Source of the DNA: Ranitomeya imitator
Taxonomy: Eukaryota
DNA: 64,000 nt
Direction of reading: 5' to 3'
NCBI RefSeq assembly: GCF_032444005.1
Contig: NC_091290.1
Coordinates: forward strand, 147,560,001-147,624,000
A model generated the notes under the pieces. The model saw only the letters and a list, made by a program, of their open reading frames with translations, searched no databases and was not told the origin of the DNA. The translations under genes were made by a program, and so were the position numbers. Each line of letters begins with the position of its first letter. Within the stretch, counting starts at the first letter, position 1. This document shows, in pieces, positions 41,501 through 52,700 of this stretch.

Positions 41501-41672
41501 CAGATATTGTTCAATCTATCGAAACTAAATCTCCATGAATGCGTCCGCTCCGCATAGATGTCTTCTGACTCTTCACGGATTTATTTTGCAGCCAGGACCC
41601 GGCCCCACGGAGTCACAAGATCTCTCCTTGGATCTGTTGGGATCTGACGGCCTTCCCAAGACAAGTGTCTGA
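29485..41672 (+). CDS. MVD: Diphosphomevalonate decarboxylase, complete, 393 aa: join 29485..29536, 29768..29838, 30142..30256, 33245..33388, 38098..38297, 38545..38619, 39390..39608, 40233..40348, 41230..41338, 41592..41672
   Basis: Translation [37 protein letters not shown]...[19 protein letters not shown]...[18 protein letters not shown]...[14 protein letters not shown]...[10 protein letters not shown]...PGPGP...GLPKTSV*. The GHMP-kinase motif, the GSGSACRS Arg and the catalytic Asp (FDAGPN) are intact. All introns are GT-AG; exon lengths sum to 1182 nt, in frame. Confidence 0.97.
29768..29838 (+). CDS. MVD: MVD coding exon 2
   Basis: [23 protein letters not shown]; AG/GT bounded. Confidence 0.95.
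30142..30256 (+). CDS. MVD: MVD coding exon 3
   Basis: [38 protein letters not shown]; AG/GT bounded. Confidence 0.95.
30305..32330. repeat. 81-86 bp satellite (TCCTGAGTTACATCCTGTATTATACTCCAGAGCTGCACTCACT...), MVD intron 3
   Basis: Direct tandem array. Confidence 0.95.
33245..33388 (+). CDS. MVD: MVD coding exon 4
   Basis: RRLARKRR...[26 protein letters not shown]; AG/GT bounded. Confidence 0.95.
33455..37450. repeat. Minisatellite of about 65 bp (CCACCGTGCAGGAAGAGGCTGATGATATGCAC...GCTAGCAACAAGC), MVD intron 4
   Basis: About 60 copies; degenerate after about 36800. Confidence 0.95.
37587..37957. mobile_element. Kolobok/T2-type MITE in MVD intron 4
   Basis: 24-bp TIRs AGGGAATCTATCAGCAGGTTTTTG / CAAAAACCTGCTGTCAGATTCCCT (2 mismatches), flanked by TTAC and TTAA; internal inverted GATTCCAGCGAT / ATCGCTGGAATC. 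Confidence 0.75.
38098..38297 (+). CDS. MVD: MVD coding exon 5
   Basis: [35 protein letters not shown]...[10 protein letters not shown]; AG/GT bounded. Confidence 0.95.
38545..38619 (+). CDS. MVD: MVD coding exon 6
   Basis: [25 protein letters not shown]; AG/GT bounded. Confidence 0.95.
39390..39608 (+). CDS. MVD: MVD coding exon 7
   Basis: [11 protein letters not shown]...[23 protein letters not shown]...YGQTK; AG/GT bounded. Confidence 0.95.
39897..40162 (+). mobile_element. tRNA-derived V-SINE-like element with an L2-like tail, MVD intron 7
   Basis: A box TGGCTTAGTGG at 39908-39918, damaged B box, central GTTTGTATGTTCTCCCCGTG...GGGTTTCCTCCGGGTACTC, and tail GCGCTATATAAAAATAAAG followed by (ATT)n. 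Confidence 0.75.
40233..40348 (+). CDS. MVD: MVD coding exon 8
   Basis: [38 protein letters not shown]; AG/GT bounded. Confidence 0.95.
41230..41338 (+). CDS. MVD: MVD coding exon 9
   Basis: [36 protein letters not shown]; AG/GT bounded. Confidence 0.93.
41592..41672 (+). CDS. MVD: MVD coding exon 10
   Basis: [26 protein letters not shown] after acceptor ttttgcag|. Confidence 0.92.
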   Translation, partial: PGPGPTESQDLSLDLLGSDGLPKTSV

Positions 41673-41875
41673 AGTCACCGGGTGTCACAGGACAATTGTT
41701 TGATCACATTTTCTAACGGCAGCGGCATCGGTTTGTTCCTCAGAACATCTCCAGGAAAATAATTATTTAAAGCAGCTGGATTTCTACAGGAAAAAGAAAT
41801 GCAACTTTTTCGGCATCATAAAATTTTTATATCCGATTTCCCCAGTTTATTGGGAAAATGTAAAAAAAATACACT

Positions 41876-41881
41876 AATAAA
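41876..41881 (+). terminator. Candidate MVD polyadenylation signal
   Basis: First AATAAA about 200 nt after the MVD stop codon. Confidence 0.55.
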
Positions 41882-42539
41882 TAATTTTGCCTCAATTTTT
41901 CACTCATTTGGAAGGTGGGGATAATGAGAATATTCTCCGTCTTATCTACAGTGGATTATGCAGATGGCGAGATAAATGTCATAGGATAAGGAAGGGTAGC
42001 TAGAAGGAATATAGAGCGCACATAGGGTCTTATCCGAGATAAAGGGAATATTAGTGAGAGATAGTATAAATTCACTCGCCTATTATGGTTGTGTGAGGCA
42101 CAACCACTGCACTTAGCATTGGCGGCTGCTGCAGGCCCCGATGTGATGATCCTTGGCTAGATGAAGAGAATGGGGCATCAGACTGCGCTGCTCGCCGGTC
42201 AGGATCATGGAAAAGAGAAGTCCAAGTAGATGGAATAGAGAATAGACTTTACTTCTACGCATTTCATGGTGATCACACCACTTCCTCAGGACAGTCCTGG
42301 ACTTCTCTGGTCCATTCTCCTGACAGGCGAGCAGCGCAGTCTGATGCCCCATTCTCTTCACCTAGTATAGGATTAGGAAAGCGTCCCTGAAATCTCTCCA
42401 TGTGCTCCCTGGTACCAGTCAGTGCGCACTGTAAAGCCCCCCATACACAATAATGGCTGTCAGCCAAGCGAATGTTCAGTGGAAATCTGTCTCCCCCATA
42501 CAGGAGCTCAGCCGAGTACTGTGTGAGAGCCTCTGCCAG

Positions 42540-42900
42540 ACTCCTCTTGGTCCTCTTTCCCCCTGGACTGCTCTTGGGCCCCCCTCCATCATCTGGACTC
42601 CTTTTGCCCCCCTATCATCTGGACTCCTTCTTGGTCCTCCTCCCCCTGGACTCCTCTTGGTCCTCCTCCCCCGGACTCCTCTTGGGCCCCCTCCCCCCAT
42701 CATTTGAACTCCTTCTTGGTCCACCCCCCCTGGACTCCTCTTGCCCCCCCCCCATCATCTGGACTCCTTGGTCTCCCTCCCCCTGGACTCCTCTTGCCCC
42801 CCCCCCATCATCTGGACTCCTTCTTGGTCCCCCTCCCCCTGGACTCCTCTTGGCCCCCCTCCCCCTATCATCTGGACTCCTCTTGGTCCCCCCACATTAT
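42540..42900. repeat. Degenerate C-rich repeat (GGACTCCTCTTG...CCCC)
   Basis: Imperfect tandem array. Confidence 0.8.
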
Positions 42901-43729
42901 CTGGACCCCTCTGGCAGCGGCTGTTTTCCTGGATAACCAGGATTGGCCATGTAACAGGCCGGTTCCTTCTCGGGAGCCCCCCACCCTGTACACATCAGAC
43001 TCTCAGATGCTATCGGGTGGTTTCGGCATATGGGACCTTACGCCAGGTGAAAGCAGAATACAATCTGTTGTTTGCTGTATTCTGGTATTTTTGGCTGAGG
43101 AGAGAGCGATTGTAGGATGGCTAAATGCAAACAATTGCTCTTTGTTATCAGCCATGTCTCTCTGGGGGGGGGGGGTGTAATGTTTTCCAATGAGGACCAG
43201 TAAATGCTGAGACCCCCTGCCCCCACCATCGCTGCTCTGTCACATTTCTGCATTGCAGAGTTCCCTTCCTTAGATCTCATACAGCCTGATCTCGGTCGAT
43301 ACTGAGGGAGCCATTGTGTGATCGGAAGGGATCTGGTCAGGAAAATGGGGCAAAAATAGTAAAACGTTTTCTCTAAATCTCCGGCATCTGGTTTGGGAAC
43401 AAGAATCGACTGCTGGGTTCCCCTGAATATCAAGATAACATTATATCGCCAGAACAGTCAAATCCCCCCCCTAAAAGAGGAGAGACGGCGGGACAGAGGT
43501 CCCCCCATAGCGAGCCTGCGCCTGTACACGACGGACCACGGATCTCCCTTGTCGATGCTCGGAGACTTATAAAGAAACGTCGTTTTTAAACTAAATATCA
43601 TTAAGATTTTCTTTCCAATATTATGTAGGGTAAAAAATAAAAATCTTGTGGTTTTCACCCTAACAATTGCACAGCCACCATTAGACTGAAATTAATGTTC
43701 TGTGGATTACAGCGACCAACAACACAGGA

Positions 43730-44500
43730 TCCACCATGCACAATAAGTGATGTCACAGCTCACCTCCTCCTCCTGTACAATGACTGATAACACAGCAGCC
43801 ATCATTCTCATTAGGTGATGTCACAGCCCTACCTCCTCCTCCTCTACAATAACTGATAACACCTCTATGTACAGTAGATAACAGGATCCACCATTCACAA
43901 TAGGTCATGTCACAGCTCACCTCCTCCTCCTGTACAATGACTGATAACCTCTATGTACAGTAGATAACAGGATCCACCATTCACAATAGGTGATGTCACA
44001 GCTCACCTCCTCCTCCTGTACAATGACTGATAACCTCTATGTACAGTAGATAACAGGATCCACCATTCACAATAGGTGATGTCACAGCTCACCTCCTCCT
44101 CCTGTACAATGACTGATAACATCTCTATGTACAGTAGATAACACAGGATTCACCATTCAAAATAGGTGATATCACAGCTCAACTCCTCCTCCTGTACAAT
44201 GACTGAACACAGCTGCCATCATTCTCAATAGGTGATGTCACAGCTCGCCTCCTCCTCTGCAATAACTGATAACACCTATATATACAGTAGATAACGCGGA
44301 AACCACCATTCACAGTAGGTGATGTCACAGCTCCCCTCCTCCTCCTGTACAATGACTGATAACACAGGATCCACCATTCACAATAGATGTCACAGCTCAC
44401 CTCCTCCTGTACAATGACTGATAACACCTCTATATACAGTAGCTAACACAGGATCCATCATTCACAATAGGTTATGTCACAGCTCACCTCCTCCATCTGC
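43730..44500. repeat. Satellite of about 80 bp (CAGGATCCACCATTCACAATAGGTGATGTCACAGCTCACCTCCTCC...)
   Basis: Imperfect tandem array. Confidence 0.85.
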
Positions 44501-44799
44501 ACAGGTCCCAGATGATGCCCACTACACTTTCCCATTTGTTAGCTGCAGACCTATAGTTAGGCGATATCTTTGAGACTTTGACGACCCCTTTTCGCGCCCC
44601 TTCTCCCCCACCTCTTCTCTTTGCTTGGGTATTGGGGAGGTTATGTCATTTCTCTCATTTCCGCGGCTTCTGACGACTTTCCTGGCCTCCTCGGTTCTTT
44701 GCTTTGTGTTAGACCAAAACTAATGAGACGATTCAGATTATTTTGTCCCAAGTTTCACAGGTGAAATAACTTTACTTATTGCTATTATAAAAATGATGA

Positions 44800-46612
44800 A
44801 GGGGAGGAGAAGAGGTGAGGAGGTAAGATGGAGAGGAGAAGAGAAAATGTAAGGTAAGATGGGGAGGAGAAGAGGTGAGGAGGAGAAGAGATGAGGAGGT
44901 AAGCTGGGGAGGAGAAGAGGTGAGGGGGTAAGCTGGGGAGGAGAAGAGGTGAGGTAAGATAAGAGGTGTGGAGGAGAAGAGATGAGGATGTAAGATGATA
45001 AGAAGTGAGGAGGAGAAGAGACGAGGAGGTAAGCTGGGGAGGAGAAGAGGTGAGGGGGTAAGATGGGGAGGAGAAGAGGTGAGGGGGGAAGATGGGGAGG
45101 AGAAGAGGTGAGGGGGGAAGATGGGGAGGAGAAGAGGTGAGCTGGGGAGGAGAAGAGATGAGGTGAGCTGGGGAGGAGAAGAGATGAGGAGGTGAGCTGG
45201 GGAGGAGAAGAGATGAGGTGAGCTGGGGAGGAGAAGAGATGAGGAGGTGAGCTGGGGAGGAGAAGAGATGAGGTGAGCTGGGGAGGAGAAGAGATGAGGA
45301 GGTGAGCTGGGGAGGAGAAGAGATGAGGAGGTGAGATGGGGAGGAGAAGAGGTGAGCTGGGGAGGAGAAGAGATGAGGAGGTGAGCTGGGGAGGAGAAGA
45401 GGTGAGGAGGTAAGATGGGGAGGGGAGGAGAAGAGGTGAGGAGGTAAGATGGGGAGGAGAAGAGGTGAGCTGGGGAGGAGAAGAGGTGAGGAGGTAAGAT
45501 GGGGAGGAGAAGAGGTGAGGAGGTAAGATGGGGAGGAGAAGTGGTGAGCTGGGGAGGGGAGGTAAGATGGGGAGAGGAGGTGAGCTGGGGAGGAGAAGAG
45601 GCGAGGAGGTAAGATGGGGGGAGGAGGTGAGCTGGGGAGGGGAGGTAAGATGGGGAGAGGAGGTGAGCTGGGGAGGAGGTAAGATGGGGAGAGGAGGCGA
45701 GCTGGGGAGGAGAAGAGGCGAGGAGGTAAGATGGGGAGAGGAGGTGAGCTGGGGAGGAGGTAAGATGGGGAGGAGAAGAGGTGAGCTGGGGAGAAGAGGA
45801 GGTAAGATGGGGAGGAGAAGAGGTGAGGAGGTAAGATGGGGAGAGGAGGTGATCTGGGGAGGAGAAAAGGCGAGGAGGTGAGCTGGGGAGGGGAGGTAAG
45901 ATGGGGAGAAGAGGTGAGCTGGGGAGGAGAAGAGGTGAGGAGGTAAGATGGGGAGGAGAAGAGGTGAGGAGGTGAGCTGGGGAGGAGAAGAGGTGAACTG
46001 GGGAGGAGAAGAGGTGAGGAGGTAAGATGGGGAGAGGAGGTGAGCTGAGGAGGTAAGATGGGGGAGGAGGTGAGCTGGGGAGGTAAGATGGGGAGAGGAG
46101 GTGAGCTGAGGAGGTAAGATGGGGGAGGAGGTGAGCTGGGGAGGGGAGGTAAGATGGGGAGAGGAGGTGAGATGGGGAGGAGGTGAGCTGGGGAGGAGGT
46201 AAGATGGGGAGAGGAGGTGAGCTGGGGAGGAGAAGAGGTGAGGGGGGGAGGGGGTAAGATGGGGAGGAGAAGAGGTGAGGGGGTAAGATGGGGAGGAGAA
46301 GAGGTGAGGGGGTAAGATGGGGAGGAGAAGAGGTGAGGGGGTAAGATGGGGAGGAGAAGAGGTGAGGGGGTAAGATGGGGAGGAGAAGAGGTGAGGGGCT
46401 AAGATGGGGAGGAGAAGAGGTGAGGGGGTAAGATGGGGAGGAGAAGAGGTGAGGGGGTAAGATGGGGAGGAGAAGAGGTGAGGGGGTAAGATGGGGAGGA
46501 GAAGAGGTGAGGGGGTAAGATGGGGAGGAGAAGAGGTGAGGGGGTAAGATGGGGAGGAGAAGAGGTGAGCTGGGGAGGAGGTAAGATGGGGGAGGAGGTG
46601 AGCTGGGGAGGT
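44800..46612. repeat. Polypurine composite repeat (GGGGAGGAGAAGAGGTGAG / GAGGTAAGATG) upstream of CYBA
   Basis: The plus strand is almost entirely G/A for 1.8 kb. Confidence 0.95.
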
Positions 46613-46661
46613 GCTGTGCACAGTTTGCTGGCAGGGAGGGCAGGGCGAGGAGGCTGCTCCC

Positions 46662-46688
46662 TATATAACATCTCGTCAGCAGGAAGTG
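46662..46688 (+). promoter_or_regulatory. CYBA core promoter: TATA box and ETS/PU.1-type site
   Basis: TATATAA at 46662-46668 and CAGGAAGTG at 46680-46688, about 50-70 nt upstream of the ATG. Confidence 0.55.
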
Positions 46689-46734
46689 ACACTGACTCCA
46701 CAAGTGACTCCAGAGTCTCCTGCCGGCTGCAGCC

Positions 46735-46792
46735 ATGGGGCAGATAGAATGGGCAATGTGGGCGAACGAGCAGGCGCTGGCATCAGGACTGA
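46735..46792 (+). CDS. CYBA: CYBA exon 1
   Basis: gccATGG Kozak context; [19 protein letters not shown]; donor A|GTGAG. Confidence 0.95.
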
Positions 46793-49700
46793 GTGAGTAT
46801 CTGTCATCACCATCATTACAGGACAAGTCACATTATAGATGGAGGGATCTAAGTATGTCAGCGCAGTCCTATGTAACACCACAGATCACACAATGATATC
46901 TCTCGGAGTACAGATAATGTAGTAGATGTCACCTGCAGTCCTATGTAACACCACAGTAATAACTCTGAGGAAAGATAATGTAGTAGATGTCACCTGCAGT
47001 CCTATGTAACACCACAGTAATAACTCTGAGGAAAGATAATGTAGTAGATGTCACCTGCAGTCCTATGTAATACCACAGTGCTAACTCCGAGGATAGATAA
47101 TGTAGTAGATGTCACCTGCAGTCATATGTAACACCACAGTAATAACTCTGAGGACAGATAATGTAGCACATGTTGCCCGCAGTCCCATGTAAGACCATAG
47201 AATGTGGGAGGATAGCAGTATGTACCCCCCAGGTCACATAGGAGTATAGCGGCTGTGAATTTGGGTTTCTCGCTCCTTGTTTCGCACTTGAGGAAGATTC
47301 TTTCTTTGCTCTTTAATGTAGACACAGATCTATGTGAATGAGGAAGTGCGAGGAGGAAGTGGCCGCATCCAGGAATGGTGGCTCCACACGTAGCCCCTAA
47401 TGCCTCACCCCTCATACACAGCCTATGGGGCCTTGAAAAAGTCTTCATACCCCATCAAATTTCCCACACGTCGCCCACAAACGTAAATCTTTTTTATTGG
47501 GATTTTATGTGACTGCAACACAAAGAAACAAGTATTAGTGACAAGTAAAGGAAATGATACGGGGTGTACTAATTATTGTCATAATAGATTTCCGAAGATT
47601 GTGAGGTGCATTTGTATTTAGCCCCCGAGTCAGTACTTTGTAGGACCACCTTTCTCTGCAGTCTTTTGGGGTCTGTCTCTCCACCTTTCTCTGCAGTCTT
47701 TTGGGGTCTGTCTCTCCACCTTTCTCTGCAATCTTTTGGGGTCTGTCTCTCCACCTTTCTGTGCAGTCTTTTGGGGTCTGTCTCTCCACCTTTCTCTGCA
47801 GTCTTTTGGGGTCTGTCTCTCCACCTTTCTCTGCAGTCTTTTGGGGTCTGTCTCTCCACCTTTCTCTGCAGTCTTTTGGGGTCTGTCTCTCCACCTTTCT
47901 CTGCAGTCTTTTGGGGTCTGTCTCTCCACCTTTCTCTGCAGTCTTTTGGGGTCTGTCTCTCCACCTTTCTCTGCAGTCTTTTGGGGTCTGTCTCTCCAGC
48001 TTTCTCTGCAATCTTTTGGGATCTGTCTCTCCTCCTTTCTCTGCAGTCTTTTGGGGTCTGTCTCTCCTCCTTTCTCTGCAGTCTTTTGGGGTCTGTCTCT
48101 CCTCCTTTCTCTGCAGTCTTTTGGGGTCTGTCTCTCCAGCTTTCTCTGCAGTCTTTTGGGGTCTGTCTCTCCACCTTTCTCTGCAGTCTTTTGGGGTCTG
48201 TCTCCCCAGCTTTCTCTGCAATCTTTTGGGGTCTGTCTCCCCACCTTTCTCTGCAATCTTTTGGGGTCTGTCTGTCCACCTTTCTCTGCAGTCTTTTGGA
48301 GTCTGTCTCCCCAGCTTTCTCTGCAATCTTTTGGGGTCTGTCTCTCCACCTTTCTCTGCAGTCTTTTGGGGTCTGTCTCCCCAGCTTTCTCTGCAATCTT
48401 TTGGGGTCTGTCTCCCCACCTTTCTCTGCAATCTTTTGGGGTCTGTCTCTCCACCTTTCTCTGCAGTCTTTTGGGGTCTGTCTCCCCAGCTTTCTCTGCA
48501 ATCTTTTGGGGTCTGTCTCCCCACCTTTCTCTGCAGTCTTTTGGAGTCTGCCTCTAGAGGTGACATTTTGCCCCTTCTTCTTTGCCCCCTCACTCTCGCT
48601 CAGTGGCATTGGATGGAGATGTCTGTGATCAGTAATTTTCACGTATTGTTGCAGATTCTCTGGGGACGGTGACTGCACCGATCACACACATGAATATGCT
48701 CTGATCTACACCCTCCATTGTGGCTCTGGCAGAATGTTTAGGGTAGTTGTCCTGAAGGAAGGTCAGGCTACGCCCCAGTCTATAGTCTCCTACAGCTTAT
48801 AACAGGTTTTTCTCCAGGATTGCCCTGTATTTAGCGCCATCCATCTTTCCATTACCTCTTGCCATCTTCCCTGCCCCTGCTGAAGAAAAGCCTCTCCACA
48901 GCATGATGCCACCACCATGTGTGTTGTTGGGGATGGTGTTTTCAGGGTGATGTGCAGTGTTAGTTTTCCACCACACAGTGTTTTGCATTTAGCCCCAAAA
49001 AATCCTCTTTAGTCTCCTCTGACCAGAGCACCTTCTTCCACATTCTTACTGTGCCTGTACCTGACACATAGAAGAAGGTGCACTGGTCATAATGTTTAGA
49101 AAACCTTTTCTCATTTCCTTTACGCTTCACAAACACTTGCTACTTTGTGTTGGTGACATTGAATACATTTTAATTTGTGGGTGTAAGCTGAAAAGCGGTG
49201 GAAAAGTTCACAGGGTATGAATACTTTTTCATTGCACAAATATGCACACAGCCTATACTCCATATACATTTGTTTGTCTTCTGCACACTTTTGGGACATA
49301 GTGAGGGTTAATAGCGGTCCCCTCCCCCGCTCTGCCAGATTTCCACTGACTGTTGAGTCTGGGCGATTACACAAATGGAAGAAATAATTTAGTTCATCTT
49401 TCTGGAGGGAAGTGGAGGGGATCGCTGTTGCTGCATTGGGTATTTCCTAATATCATGTCCTGTGCTCATGTTGCACCATGCTGGTATAAGTTGAGCGATG
49501 AAGAATCGGGTGCTCATCACGTAGGCAGCATGCAGACAACATGCAGGAATCTGCAGCCTCTATGGTGTGTGTGCAGCCCGCTCCAGCCGCAGCCTCTGTG
49601 GTGTGTGCAGTCCGCTCCAGCCACAGCCTCTGTGGTGTGTGCAGTCCGCTCCGGCTGCAGCCTCTGTGGTGTGAGCAGTCCGCTCCGGCTGCAGCCTCTG

Positions 49701-52700
49701 TGGTGTGAGCAGTCCGCTCCAGCCGCAGCCTCTGTGGTGTGAGCAGTCCGCTCCGGCTGCAGCCTCTGTGGTGTGAGCAGTCCGCTCCGGCTGCAGCCTC
49801 TGTGGTGTGTGCAGTCCGCTCCAGCCGCAGCCTCTATGGTGTGTGCAGTCCGCTCCAGCTGCAGCCTCTGTGGTGTGTGCAGTCCGCTCCAGCCGCAGCC
49901 TCTGTGGTGTGTGCAGTCCGCTCCAGCCGCAGCCTCTGTGGTGTGTGCAGTCCGCTCCAGCCGCAGCCTCTGTGGTGTGTGCAGTCCGCTCCGGCTGCAG
50001 CCTCTGTGGTGTGAGCAGTCCGCTCCGGCTGCAGCCTCTGTAGTGTGTGCAGTCCGCTCCAGCCGCAGCCTCTGTGGTGTGTGCAGTCCGCTCCGGCTGC
50101 AGCCTCTGTGGTGTGTGTGCTGTCCGCTCCGGCTGCAGCCTCTGTGGTGTGTGCAGTCCGCTCCAGCCGCAGCCTCTGTGGTGTGTGCTGTCCGCTCCGG
50201 CTGCAGCCTCTGTGGTGTGTGTGCTGTCCGCTCCGGCTGCAGCCTCTGTGGTGTGTGCAGTTCACTCCAGCCGCAGTCTCTTTGGTGTGTGCAGTCCACT
50301 CCGGCTGCAGCCTCTGTGGTGTGTGCAGTCCGCTCCGGCTGCAGCCTCTGTGGTGTGTGCTGTCCGCTCCGGCTGCAGCCTCTGTGGTGTGTGTGCTGTC
50401 CGCTCCGGCTGCAGCCTCTGTGGTGTGTGCAGTGCGCTCCAGCCGCAGTCTCTTTGGTGTGTGCAGTCCGCTCCGGCTGCAGCCTCTGTGGTGTGTGCAG
50501 TCCGCTCCGGCTACAGGCTCAGCAATGCTGCCTTGCTGTTAGTTCTCAGGCTGCAGACCCGCAGCATGTGTGGCTGCATTGCACTACGGGAGGCGAAGTC
50601 CTGGCATTGTGGAACATCTGGCATCTGCTGCATCATACGACCAATATAATTTCTCAGCAGCAGATTGGGCACAACTTGTGCTACGCAGAACAGCACTGCA
50701 GGTGACGGCGCCTCCTCTCTACGGACATATTTAGGGGGTGACGTTTGCATTTCTTTTTCTTTGCTTCCAGCTTATAATGTGTTCTCCCATTTTGCTTTAC
50801 TTTAAAGACTAAGAAGAATCCTGGCACTTTCATGCAGCACCGTAATGCTTGTATTGTGTACGACCACCTCCGGGGGGCGCTGTGCTGACCGCATTCTCTT
50901 GCTTCCTGTCTCCACAGTCCTCCTCTCTGGCGGGATCGTTGCTGTGGCCGGACAGTTTAAAGGTTGGCAGTTTGGAGCGTATGCTATGTATCCTTTGTAA
51001 CAAGCGTCAGCGTTCCTGTGACACAATGTATCAGTCCGTGTACCTCGGGGGCCGGCCTCTTCTTAGCCAATCCTGTCTCCAGGAGGCCGAATCTCATGAC
51101 ATGTTACACTTTTTGCCCGTCACATTGTGTTTTGCCACCATTGGGCTATGGAATATGGCAGCGGGGTCAGAACAATGGCCGCCAACAGGTGATTCAGACG
51201 TCGGTGTCACTTTAAGGCCGTGCGCATTGCAACATCAGGTCACCGAGCCTAGAAATTGAGAAATCTGGGGACAAGGAAGTCAATTTAGGAGGAACAGAAA
51301 GAGTTAATGCAGCACCATCAGGTTTAACCACTTGTGCGCTGACACAGTAACAACTTCATCCTGATATTATTCTGTGGTAATTGTGGATTTTCCCAGAGGT
51401 TCTGCGCCGAGCGCCGGAGCATTATAAGACTACCAGAAGTTCTGTGCCGAGCGCCGGAGCATTATAAGACTACCGGAAGTTCTGTGCCGAGCACCGGAGC
51501 ATTATAGGACTGCCGAGGTTCTGTGCCGAAGCATTATAAGACTACCAAAAGTTCTGTGCCGAGCGCCGGAGCATTATAAGACTACCGGAAGTTCTGTGCC
51601 GGAGCATTATAAGACTACCGGAAGTTCTGTGCCGGAGCATTATAAGACTACCGGAAGTTCTGTGCCAAGCGCCAGGGCATTATAAGACTACCGGAAGTTC
51701 TGTGCTGAGCGCCGGAGCATTATAAGATTACCGGAGGTTCTGTGCCGGCGCATTATAAGATTACCGGAGGTTCTGTGCCGAGCATTATAAGATTACCGGA
51801 GGTTCTGTGTCGAACGCTGGAGCATTATAAGATTACCGGAGGTTCTGTGCCGAACGCCGGAGCATTATAAGATTACCGGAGGTTCTGTGCCGTAGCATTA
51901 TAAGATTACCGGAGGTTCTGTGCCGGAGCATTATAAGATTACCGGAGGTTCTGTGCCGAGCGCCGGAGCATTATAAGATTACCGGAGGTTCTGTGCCGAG
52001 CGCCGGAGCATTATAAGATTACCGGAGGTTCTGCGACGGAGCATTATAAAATTACCGGAGGTTCTGTGCCGGAGCATTATAAGATTACCGGAGGTTCTGT
52101 GCCGAGCGCCGGAGCATTATAAGATTACTGGAGGTTCTGTGCCGTAGCATTATAAGATTACCGGAGGTTCTGTGCCGGAGCATTATAAGATTACCGGAGG
52201 TTCTGTGCCGAGCGCCGGAGCATTATAAGATTACCGGAGGTTCTGCGACGGAGCATTATAAAATTACCGGAGGTTCTGCATCGGAGCATTATAACCTTAT
52301 AAATGATGTTCCTGTAATTATCGCTGTGCGCGTTATAGCATTGTCGGTGGGATTCCCGCCGTGTGTCGCCCTGCAATTATCGCGGTGCTCGTTATAGCAT
52401 TGTCGGTGGGATTCCCGCCATGTGTCGCGGTGCTCGTTATAGCATTGTCGGTGGAATTCCCGCCGTGTGTCGCCCTGTAAGGCTGCCGTCACACTATCAG
52501 TATTTGGTCAGTATTTTGCATCAGTATTTGTAATCCCAAACCAGGAGTGGGTGATAAATGCAGAAGTGGTGCTTATGTTTCTCTTATACTTTTCGTCTAA
52601 GGCCGGCGTCACACTAGCGAGATATACGGACGTATGAGAGGCGCAGAAAATACGGATTGCACACGGTACAATGATTATCTATGGCCCAGCTCCTATCTGC

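Noticed and set aside
44738-48678. Long S/P/L-rich and K/R/E-rich ORFs
   Set aside because: Products of the polypurine array and the 35-bp array; open in several frames with no domain content.
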